Origin: an archaeon GW2011_AR10
Lineage (GTDB): Archaea; Iainarchaeota; Iainarchaeia; Iainarchaeales; GW2011-AR10
Length of the DNA: 32,000 bases
Assembly (NCBI GenBank): GCA_000830275.1
Contig: CP010424.1
Coordinates: 900,001-932,000, forward strand
Direction of reading: 5' to 3'
Position 1 is the stretch's first letter. Each line of letters starts with the position of its first letter. The translations under genes were made by a program, and so were the position numbers. The notes beneath the pieces were generated by a model. The model had not been told where the DNA came from. It made no database searches and was given only the letters and a program-made list of their open reading frames with translations. This document shows positions 1 through 7,584 of this stretch, one piece after another.

Positions 1-237
1 AAACCTCCTTGTAAAACCTTTGGTTTTGCGAGGCCCGCAAAATCTATGATTTTGCTTGGGTTTTCTAAAAGGCTTAAGGCAGGGTTATCCAAACATTTAA
101 TGGACGCCATGAACCCGTCAACGCAACACTTTGTCAAAAAGAAAACAGGTGTTTTTATTTCACTTGACAAAGTGTTGAAAAGATACCGAGACCAATAACC
201 GCGACTTAAAAGCCAAGGTATCTTTTGGGTTGAATGA
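1..237. repeat. Copy A of a direct repeat of at least 237 bp (partner 7186-7422); truncated by the window start
   Basis: Base-by-base comparison at offset 7185 gives only 2 mismatches (pos 3 vs 7188; pos 215 vs 7400). Contains a perfect 14-bp inverted repeat caacactttgtcaa / ttgacaaagtgttg at 124-137 and 164-177 (26-nt spacer) and a small hairpin ttttgcg-aggcc-cgcaaaa at 24-42. Confidence 0.9.
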
Positions 238-353
238 AATAGTTGGGCAAATGGTCAAACAAACCACTTGGAACACTGCACTATGCCACACTATTGCAGA
301 CTACTAATAACAAAATATTAATAGTGGAACGCTGATTCTATTTAGGGGTTTTC

Positions 354-929
354 TTGGAAGAGGAAGCAAAGGAAAAACTGGAGAAAGCAGCAATAGTTTT
401 TGCTGTGCTGCTGCTGATTGCAATTGCATATGTAACCTACGTGCAGCCGGTTTTAGTGCAGGGTGAACCGCCAAAAGATGGAGGAAGCAATGGAACAGGG
501 CAACTTAGGGGCTGCTTTGAACTGCAGGGCTTTCTGTGCAAGGAAAACGAGAAGTGTTCTGCGGAATTGCTGCAGGCAACTGAAAGCAACTGCTGCAGCG
601 AGGCCTGCATTTCAGCTGAGCCTTATGCTGGAGGAACTTATGCTGGGGAAGGCATAGAAATTGATGGCACTGCAACCGAGGAACAGAAAGAAAAAATAAG
701 GGAATACATTCAAGAGCAGCTTTCCTCAAAGAATCCTATTGATGAAGGAAGTGAGGGCATTGAAGGAGGGGGAGGAACTGGCAGCGCAGTTGTGCTGGGC
801 ATTCCATGCGAGCTGCCAAATGGGCATCCAATATTGTACTGCGACTGCATGGACATTTGCTTGTCAGAAGAAGTTCCACAGGAAGAATGCGAGCTTATTT
901 GCTATGGCAGGCAAGTTGAGGCGAGCTAA
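354..929 (+). CDS. Membrane-anchored Cys-rich hypothetical protein with prepilin-like N-terminus
   Basis: 191-aa ORF with a TTG start a few nt after AGGGG. N-terminus ..KLEKA|AIVFAVLLLIAIAYVTYV. Two Cys-rich blocks (CFELQGFLCKENEKC..CCSEAC and CELPNGHPILYCDCMDICL..CELICYG). Its stop at 929 abuts the next ATG at 930. Confidence 0.55.
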   Translation: MEEEAKEKLEKAAIVFAVLLLIAIAYVTYVQPVLVQGEPPKDGGSNGTGQLRGCFELQGFLCKENEKCSAELLQATESNCCSEACISAEPYAGGTYAGEGIEIDGTATEEQKEKIREYIQEQLSSKNPIDEGSEGIEGGGGTGSAVVLGIPCELPNGHPILYCDCMDICLSEEVPQEECELICYGRQVEAS

Positions 930-1346
930 ATGAATTCAGTTGAAAGAGTAAAAGCGCAGGTAGCAGCAGAGTACTTGATTGTAATGGCTTTCCTGCTGGT
1001 GGCAGTTGGAGTGCTTTCAGCTTACAGTTTCATTACATTAAGCGAATCAATCAAGGCAAGGCAGGCAATCAATGCTGTTGACTCAATCGCAAACGCTGCT
1101 GACAGGGTTGGGGCATTTGGAGAAAACAGCAAGCTGATTGTGAAAGTTGAGCTGCCGGACGGAGTGCTGGCATTCAAAACAACAGGAAAAGAGGTTCAGA
1201 TTCAGATGCAGAGCTTCGGCAACACTACAGATGTTTATACAACAGCATTGTTTGATATTACTCCTGCAACGCTCTCCCCAAACAGTGGAAAAACATTATA
1301 CCTTGTTGAAGTGGTTGACTCAAACGTTGTTGTTTCACCAGCGTAA
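930..1346 (+). CDS. Archaeal type IV pilin-like protein (class III signal peptide), putative minor pilin
   Basis: 138-aa ORF. N-terminus MNSVERVKA|QVAAEYLIVMAFLLVAVGVL has a basic residue plus Ala, then the Q...EYL motif and a hydrophobic helix, typical of archaeal prepilins. Confidence 0.75.
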   Translation: MNSVERVKAQVAAEYLIVMAFLLVAVGVLSAYSFITLSESIKARQAINAVDSIANAADRVGAFGENSKLIVKVELPDGVLAFKTTGKEVQIQMQSFGNTTDVYTTALFDITPATLSPNSGKTLYLVEVVDSNVVVSPA

Positions 1347-1355
1347 GTGTTTTGA

Positions 1356-1718
1356 ATGAATGGAAAAGGCCAAGTGGAAGTAGAAGCAGTGGCAGCAGTA
1401 GGAGTTGTGCTTCTTTTCTTTGTGCTTGGAATGGTTTTAGTGACGATAAGGAACAATGAAGTTAATGCTCTGCAGGAAGTGCAGTTCAAAGAAGCGCAAT
1501 GCAGGAAAGTGTCAGAAATAATCGGGTTCCTCAATGCAAGGCAGGGCAGCCAAGAGATTTTTTTCCGGCTGAACGAGGATGCCAACATCTCGCAGGGAGA
1601 AGTGATTGTTGGAAGCGTTTTCTGCAGGCATTTGGGAAGCGCTGCTGAAGCGCAGCTTTCAAGCGGAAAAGTGAAAGCAAGCGAAGTGAACGGAGCTGTT
1701 GTGCTTGAAAACGTTTGA
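1356..1718 (+). CDS. Pilin-like protein (class III signal peptide), putative minor pilin
   Basis: 120-aa ORF. N-terminus MNGKG|QVEVEAVAAVGVVLLFFVLGMVLV. Lies 9 nt after the previous gene. Confidence 0.65.
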   Translation: MNGKGQVEVEAVAAVGVVLLFFVLGMVLVTIRNNEVNALQEVQFKEAQCRKVSEIIGFLNARQGSQEIFFRLNEDANISQGEVIVGSVFCRHLGSAAEAQLSSGKVKASEVNGAVVLENV

Positions 1719-2208
1719 CCTGAATGAGAGCGGGCAAACAATCCTTGTGGACCTGACTTTTGCGCTGCTGATTTTTCTGCTGGTGTTCAATTCAATTAAT
1801 GCAGCATACATTTCCTCTGTTGCAAGCGTTAAAGAAAGAAGCCGGCTGAACGAAATGCAGCTCAAGGCAACGCAGGCAATTGAAAGCCTTGTAAGCTTTG
1901 AAGGAACTCCAAGCAACTGGGAGGAACTGCCGCTGCAGCAGGTTCAAGAAATTGGTTTGGCCGATGAAAGCAAAACAATAAACGAGGCAAAGCTTAACGC
2001 ATTCAAGAACCTTTCAGCAGACTACAATTCAACCAAAGTGCTGCTAAACCTCGGCTTGTTTGATTATTTTTTCAGCCTGAAAGGAGCAGATGATGTCAAT
2101 GCAGGGCTGCCTGCAACAACAAATGCAACACAAGTGCAAGTGAAAAGAATTGTAACATACAAGGGAGAGGAAGCAATTGTTGAATTCACGTTATACTCGC
2201 TGTCATGA
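1699..2208 (+). CDS. Pilin-like hypothetical protein
   Basis: 169-aa ORF. N-terminus ..LNESG|QTILVDLTFALLIFLLVFNSI. No in-frame ATG precedes the hydrophobic helix, so the start is TTG at 1699 or 1705 (GGAG at 1692-1695). Overlaps the upstream stop at 1716-1718. Confidence 0.6.
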   Translation: MCLKTFDLNESGQTILVDLTFALLIFLLVFNSINAAYISSVASVKERSRLNEMQLKATQAIESLVSFEGTPSNWEELPLQQVQEIGLADESKTINEAKLNAFKNLSADYNSTKVLLNLGLFDYFFSLKGADDVNAGLPATTNATQVQVKRIVTYKGEEAIVEFTLYSLS

Positions 2209-5011
2209 AGGAAGCGGGCGAGGAAAGGGCTTTGTCAAAACCTTTTCAACAAAAGGTTTACGAAAAGAGGAAAAAAGAGGCTTTGCCTTTTCCACTGATG
2301 CAGTAATTGCAACTGTTTTGGTGGGGGCAGCGCTGGCGTTGCTTGCAGTGCAGCCTTCAATAAACACAAGCGTTTCAGGGCTTTCACTGAAGCAGGCAAG
2401 CGATGACGTTTTTCTTTCAATGCAGAGAAGCGGGTTCATGCTGTTAACGATTGACTCAAATGCTCCAAGCGAAGCTGTTGCGCAAATACGCTTAAAGGCA
2501 TTGGGCCTGCTGCCTGAAAACACGGAATTGTTTGTTGAATTGAAACAGTTTGACTTGAATATAGAGGAATGCAGGGCAAACAAAACTTTTAACGCGTGCT
2601 TTGAAAGCGTTGCAAGCGTCAACTCCGGCCCCGCAATTCCAAGCGGAAAAGAAGTTGTAGGGGGAACAACATACTTTTTCAAAAAACAGGGTTCAAGCGA
2701 CTGCAACTTAAGCTACCTCGAGTTAAAAGAATTTGAGGGAATGCATGAGGATTACGGCAGTGAACTTTTTTTTTCTGAACAAAAGCCCCTTGAACTATTC
2801 TTTCAAGAAGAAGGAGGGGGAGAAGACCTGAACATAAATTTTGATGTCAACGTTTCACCAAGCGAAAGCATTTCATGCGATGAAAACGTTACAGTAACTT
2901 TGAGTGTTAGCGTTCCAGAAAACGTCAGAACGCCGATAGATGTTGTGCTTGTTCTTGACCGCAGCGGCAGCATGTCATGGAACGGCTATGTTAGCACTAG
3001 CTCTGCAAACTCTGTTTGGGGCAATGACGGAAATTACGTTTTTGTGGGAGATGGCAGTGCCGGAGTCAGGGCAATTGACGTAAGCAACCCAAGGCTCCCC
3101 GTAATTGTTGACACTATTGACCCTGGCAGTGTCAATGATGTGTATGGGGAGGGCAACTATTTGTATGCAACTGAAACAGCATCAGATGACGAGCTTATAG
3201 CGTATGACGTAAGCAATCCAAGCGACTTGCAACAGCTTGACCGGTTAATTTTTTCAAGCGTTTACGGGGTTTTTGCATTGAATGATTTTGTTTTTGTTGC
3301 AGGTGACAGGTCAGGAGGCGGAAACAATCGGGGCCTTTACATTGTGGATGCAAGCAATAAAAGCGACTTAACCAACAGGGGGAGAGCAAACCAGAATTAT
3401 GCAAGGAGCTCATTCGTTGTAGGCAATACTGCATTTCTTGCAATTGGTTCCAACGGCTTTGCAACAGTTGATGTAACAAACAAGGATGCGCCGGTTGTGC
3501 TTGACACTTATGATACAAGCGGCTATGGCTGGAGCACATTAATTGAAGGGAATTACGGTTTTGGTGCTGATGGGGAAGCAGGCCTGCAGGTGTTTGACAT
3601 AAGCAATTTGAACAACATCCAGCTGGCAGACAATTTTGATACACCGGATTACTCTTACAGTGTTTTTGTTTTAGGCAACAAGGCATACGTAGCAGATTAT
3701 TCGTCGCTTCAAATTCTTGATGTTAGCGATCCAAACAACGTAGTGTTTGAAAAAAGTTTTTCGTCTCCATACGAATACCAAGACCTTTTTGTGAAAGACA
3801 ACTTTGCTTTCCTTGCGGCAGGAAGCATTGGTTTCATTACGCTTGACCTAATCAACGGCCCGAGAATCGACAACGCAAAACAAGCAGCAAGCGAATTCGT
3901 TGACTTCAACGGATGGAGCCTGCCGCCTGACCAGATTGGAGTGGTTTCATTCAATACCAGTGCAACGCTTAACCAGCAGCTTACCACAAACAAAACTGAC
4001 TTGAATTCGGCGATTTATTCTCTTGTTGCTTCAGGCGGCACCAACATTGAGGAGGGAATAAGGAGTGCCACAACAGAGCTAACTTCCGTGAGAGCAAACC
4101 CAAATGCGCTGCATTTCCAAGTTGTTTTATCGGATGGCCAGTCAAATTCCGGGAATTCGCTTTTGGCAGCACAGGATGCAGCTGATGAAGAAATTGTGAT
4201 TTACACTGTTGGGTTTGGTGCTGATGCAAGCGAAGCAGAGCTGACAGCAATAGCAGAAGCAACAGGAGGCAGCTATTATTTTGCCGAAGACGACAATGCT
4301 TTGTCGGAAATATTTAATTTGATTGCAGAGCAAATTGAAGAGCTTGCAAATGATTCAAACGTGAATGTTCCAATTGGCGGGGGCGCATTAGTTTCCAATC
4401 CGGGTTCGGGCAGCATTGTTGACGGCAACCTTCTGTTCAATTCTGGCTCAATTACGCCTGATACGCCTTGGAGCGCATCCTACATTCTTAATTTCCCCTG
4501 CTCGAATGCTTTCAACTGCTCGATTGACGCTTTAAGCTTTCCAGGGGAAGGAAGCTACTTTGAATACGTTGACGTTAACGGCATAACACGGAGAGTTGAC
4601 TTCAATGTAAGCACAACCCTTGATTTTTTGAACAGGGATTTAACGGTTGACATTTATGGTGCGGAGCTTGTGGGGGAGAGTTCAGCAGAAATTGATGTGA
4701 ATGTTGCAAATGTAGGGGATTTGAATTCAGGCGAAACTTTACTGAACTTTTACCTTGACGATATCAATGGAACACTGCTTGACTCAAAAAATGTTCCGGA
4801 ACTGTGCGGCTTGAATGATTCAGTGTGCACTTCAACGCGGTTCACTGTTTTCTCTCCTGTTTCAATCAGCCAAGAGGGAGTTATTTACGCGGTTGTGAAC
4901 GACAACAATTCGGTGAGTGAGTGCCCGAACAACAACTTTGATGCAGTTAACTGCTTTGGCGGGCCGGCAACAGAATATTATGCATTAGAGTACAGGGTGT
5001 GGAGGGAATGA
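2177..5011 (+). CDS. Modular pilin-adhesin: prepilin-like N-terminus, vWA domain interrupted by a 7-repeat LVIVD beta-propeller, C-terminal CARDB-like domain
   Basis: 944-aa ORF. TTG start at 2177 sits 7 nt after GGAGAGG, and there is no in-frame ATG before the TM helix. N-terminus ..KEEKRG|FAFSTDAVIATVLVGAALALLAV. MIDAS motif DRSGS at 2957-2971. Seven repeats of the type N[YF]xFVxDGxxGhxhhDVSNPxxP span ~3025-3862. The vWA then resumes (NAKQAASEFVDF..IGVVSFNTSA..ASGGTNIEEGI..VVLSDGQSN..IYTVGFG..GGSYYFA) to ~4346. A CARDB-like segment follows at ~4636-4990. Confidence 0.9.
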   Translation: MLNSRYTRCHEGSGRGKGFVKTFSTKGLRKEEKRGFAFSTDAVIATVLVGAALALLAVQPSINTSVSGLSLKQASDDVFLSMQRSGFMLLTIDSNAPSEAVAQIRLKALGLLPENTELFVELKQFDLNIEECRANKTFNACFESVASVNSGPAIPSGKEVVGGTTYFFKKQGSSDCNLSYLELKEFEGMHEDYGSELFFSEQKPLELFFQEEGGGEDLNINFDVNVSPSESISCDENVTVTLSVSVPENVRTPIDVVLVLDRSGSMSWNGYVSTSSANSVWGNDGNYVFVGDGSAGVRAIDVSNPRLPVIVDTIDPGSVNDVYGEGNYLYATETASDDELIAYDVSNPSDLQQLDRLIFSSVYGVFALNDFVFVAGDRSGGGNNRGLYIVDASNKSDLTNRGRANQNYARSSFVVGNTAFLAIGSNGFATVDVTNKDAPVVLDTYDTSGYGWSTLIEGNYGFGADGEAGLQVFDISNLNNIQLADNFDTPDYSYSVFVLGNKAYVADYSSLQILDVSDPNNVVFEKSFSSPYEYQDLFVKDNFAFLAAGSIGFITLDLINGPRIDNAKQAASEFVDFNGWSLPPDQIGVVSFNTSATLNQQLTTNKTDLNSAIYSLVASGGTNIEEGIRSATTELTSVRANPNALHFQVVLSDGQSNSGNSLLAAQDAADEEIVIYTVGFGADASEAELTAIAEATGGSYYFAEDDNALSEIFNLIAEQIEELANDSNVNVPIGGGALVSNPGSGSIVDGNLLFNSGSITPDTPWSASYILNFPCSNAFNCSIDALSFPGEGSYFEYVDVNGITRRVDFNVSTTLDFLNRDLTVDIYGAELVGESSAEIDVNVANVGDLNSGETLLNFYLDDINGTLLDSKNVPELCGLNDSVCTSTRFTVFSPVSISQEGVIYAVVNDNNSVSECPNNNFDAVNCFGGPATEYYALEYRVWRE

Positions 5012-5970
5012 GTAAAGGAATACTGTTAAGCCTGCTGACGCTTTTTCTTCTCTTGAATTTGATTGCATTGAACCAGATTGCAGTTCAATCGGACAGCTCG
5101 GCAAGTGAAAGCATTGCGGGCATTTCTGCTTTGACTGCTGCAAGCGACAAGCTTGAATTAGTTGCGGAGAACATTGTTTTCCTGCACCGCTTCGGGGCAG
5201 CGGAAAGCATTGCGGAAAGGGCGCTTCCGTTTTCCTTTTCGTTGGATTCCAACAGGTTTGAGGCAAGGCAGCGGCTGCCAGTAAATGCAGACACATTGAA
5301 TGGCTTCTTTGACTCAATCAATTCTTTCCGGGTTTTTGTTTCTGACACCAACTACTCAAACGCGTTTGATGGTTTGGCGGTTGACGCAAACACAATTGAA
5401 AACGATTCATGGAATGGGAACTCTGAAAGAATTTCGTTCCTGGTGAAACCTCAGTGCCTTGAATTCTTTGTCAAGGACTTAAACATTGCGGGCTTTAATG
5501 CAGGAAACTGTGATAGCGAATTCGACATTAACAGCGTTAAGCGATTTGACTTAAATGTTCTGGTTCCTTCAACCGAGGACTTCAATTCAGTGCAGTGCAG
5601 TTTTGACGGCAGCATTGGGTGCCCTTCAGCTGAATTCAACCCCGGCGCGCAGGGAAACTTTGTTGAAATAAACCTGCTGGATGAGAACTGTTCGAACTGC
5701 TCCATTCCTGCGGGTCAGAAAAAAATTTCAGCATACTATATTGCAAGCGCAGACAACAATGTAACAATAAGCTGCACCGGCATCTGTAACTCTGAGCCAG
5801 TAGTAATCAGCGTTGGGAAAGGCCTGACAGTTGAAAGCAGCGGCAACCGCATTGAATTCGTTTTTTCCGCACTGTTTGATTCCCCAGTTAAACAGTTCAA
5901 GTTCAACGACTTTAATGTAAGCGTTTCAAACAAGAATGCAGGGGTTAGCGCTAGGTATGGGAATGGATAA
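5008..5970 (+). CDS. Pilin-like hypothetical surface protein
   Basis: ATG at 5008 lies directly after GGAGGG and forms an ATGA overlap with the upstream stop (5009-5011). The ORF track starts at GTG 4999. N-terminus MSKG|ILLSLLTLFLLLNLIALNQIAV. Confidence 0.7.
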   Translation: MSKGILLSLLTLFLLLNLIALNQIAVQSDSSASESIAGISALTAASDKLELVAENIVFLHRFGAAESIAERALPFSFSLDSNRFEARQRLPVNADTLNGFFDSINSFRVFVSDTNYSNAFDGLAVDANTIENDSWNGNSERISFLVKPQCLEFFVKDLNIAGFNAGNCDSEFDINSVKRFDLNVLVPSTEDFNSVQCSFDGSIGCPSAEFNPGAQGNFVEINLLDENCSNCSIPAGQKKISAYYIASADNNVTISCTGICNSEPVVISVGKGLTVESSGNRIEFVFSALFDSPVKQFKFNDFNVSVSNKNAGVSARYGNG

Positions 5971-7129
5971 AGCAAGCTTGTTTTATTTGGCCGTGATTGC
6001 AACGGCAATTGGAATTGCATTCCTTTTTGCTGCAGGCTTTGAGCCTGAAATGCCGAAAACGCAAGAGCAACTGCGCTTAACTGTTTTTGAAACGCAAAAA
6101 CAGCAGATAGCTGAAGGGGAAGAGCTAGTGGTTAGAGTTGAAGCACAGGGCACAGGAATTGCAAGCATCGGCATATCGTTGAATGGGAAACAGGTGGAGG
6201 AAGTGGAATGCGGGCAAACGCCCTGCAGCCACGAGTTCAGAAAAATTGTTTCAGACATTGGAGCATACCAGCTGGCTGCATTTGCTTTTAGCGCTGAAGG
6301 GAAGCGCGTTGAGGAAAGCAGGGTTGTTTACGTTGCGCCGCAGGAAAACACCTGCATTGACAACTCAAGGTATGGCAGCTGCGGGAAAGAGAAGCCGTTT
6401 TACTGCCTTGAAGGAAAGCTCGTGGAAAAGTGCAGTGAGTGCGACTGCGATTCCGGCTTTGAATGCGTTGAGGAAAAGTGCAGTGCAAGTTCGCTTCCAC
6501 TAGAAATTGCTTCACTTAACGCAGGCTCCAGTTTCATAAAGCCCGGAACATACATTGATGTTTTCTTTGAACTGCAAAACAATACTGAGGAAATTGCAAG
6601 AGCCGGGGCACATTACACAATTGAAGTGGTTTTTTATTCCCCTTCAAATGAGCAGAGGTTCACTGAAAGCATCCAACTGGAACAGGAACTGCTCCAAGGA
6701 AAGCGTGCAGCAAAAAAGGTTTCAGGGAAAGAGTTTGTGCTTGAAGAAGGAAACTACTCGCTGAGTGCCGCGCTTCTTGATGCCAGTGAAAACATTGTAA
6801 GCAGGTTTGAATCCTTAGAAAAAATCGTTGCAAGGGATGATTTTAGTGCACCTGCAGCACCTACAGGCGTTAGTGCAGTGTTTGTGCAGGGGAAAGCCCT
6901 GCTTTCATGGAATCAGAACAGCGAGGACGACTTCGCTGCTTACAGGGTTTACAAAAGCAGTGAAGTGCAGGCAACTTTCATTAGTTACTCTTTCTCCCTT
7001 GAAACAAACTTGAATTCAGTTGAAATCACAGGTCTTGAGGGCGGAAAGCACTTCTTTGTGGTTACTGCATTAGACCACTTCGGCAACGAATCAGTTTTCA
7101 GCGATGTTGTGTCAGTTGAGGCAAGCTGA
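5957..7129 (+). CDS. Membrane-anchored or pilin-like surface protein with Cys-rich knot, beta-sandwich and C-terminal fibronectin type III-like domain
   Basis: In-frame ATGs at 5957 and 5963 overlap the upstream stop (5968-5970). N-terminus MGMDKA|SLFYLAVIATAIGIAFLFAAGF. Cys-rich block CIDNSRYGSCGKEKPFYCLEGKLVEKCSECDCDSGFECVEEKC. FN3-like tail APTGVSAVFVQGKALLSWNQNSEDDFAAYRVYKS...FFVVTALDHFGNES (~6847-7100). Confidence 0.8.
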   Translation: MGMDKASLFYLAVIATAIGIAFLFAAGFEPEMPKTQEQLRLTVFETQKQQIAEGEELVVRVEAQGTGIASIGISLNGKQVEEVECGQTPCSHEFRKIVSDIGAYQLAAFAFSAEGKRVEESRVVYVAPQENTCIDNSRYGSCGKEKPFYCLEGKLVEKCSECDCDSGFECVEEKCSASSLPLEIASLNAGSSFIKPGTYIDVFFELQNNTEEIARAGAHYTIEVVFYSPSNEQRFTESIQLEQELLQGKRAAKKVSGKEFVLEEGNYSLSAALLDASENIVSRFESLEKIVARDDFSAPAAPTGVSAVFVQGKALLSWNQNSEDDFAAYRVYKSSEVQATFISYSFSLETNLNSVEITGLEGGKHFFVVTALDHFGNESVFSDVVSVEAS

Positions 7130-7185
7130 GGGGCATTTTTGTGAATGACGCCCTCCCCTGCCTAAAGGCGCAGCCTCTTTTTCGC

Positions 7186-7422
7186 AAGCCTCCTTGTAAA
7201 ACCTTTGGTTTTGCGAGGCCCGCAAAATCTATGATTTTGCTTGGGTTTTCTAAAAGGCTTAAGGCAGGGTTATCCAAACATTTAATGGACGCCATGAACC
7301 CGTCAACGCAACACTTTGTCAAAAAGAAAACAGGTGTTTTTATTTCACTTGACAAAGTGTTGAAAAGATACCGAGACCAATAACCGCGACTTAAAAGCCG
7401 AGGTATCTTTTGGGTTGAATGA
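7186..7422. repeat. Copy B of the direct repeat of at least 237 bp (partner 1-237)
   Basis: See copy A. The 14-bp inverted repeat lies at 7309-7322 and 7349-7362. The ORFs crossing it (7141..7383 plus strand, 7098..7445 minus strand) have no recognisable protein features. Confidence 0.9.
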
Positions 7423-7496
7423 TAATTTAAATAATGGAAAGACAAATAACTATAGCAAAATGCTTAGTTATTTGAACAAAAATCGCGTTTTGCAAC

Positions 7497-7555
7497 TAGC
7501 AAACAGCAAATTAAGTGTTCAAGAATTAAAGCTGTTTGCTATAATATAATAAATG
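7497..7555 (+). promoter_or_regulatory. 11-bp perfect inverted repeat abutting a TATA-like box upstream of motor operon 1
   Basis: tagcaaacagc (7497-7507) and gctgtttgcta (7531-7541) are exact reverse complements with a 23-nt spacer. The 3-prime arm occupies the BRE position directly before ataatataataaat (7541-7555). GAGGGG lies at 7574-7579 and the TTG/GTG start at 7585/7588. Confidence 0.4.
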
Positions 7556-7584
7556 AAGGCAAAGCGGGAAAACGAGGGGTTGAA

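Noticed and set aside
7098-7445. ORFs running through the direct repeat (7141..7383 plus strand, 80 aa; 7098..7445 minus strand, 115 aa), and the equivalent open frame at 1-198
   Set aside because: There are no recognisable motifs. The plus-strand ORF needs a GTG start, and a perfect 14-bp inverted repeat lies inside the supposed coding sequence. One of the two copy differences (3/7188) is synonymous in the plus frame, but a single site is not evidence. Treated as non-coding repeat, with coding left as an open alternative.
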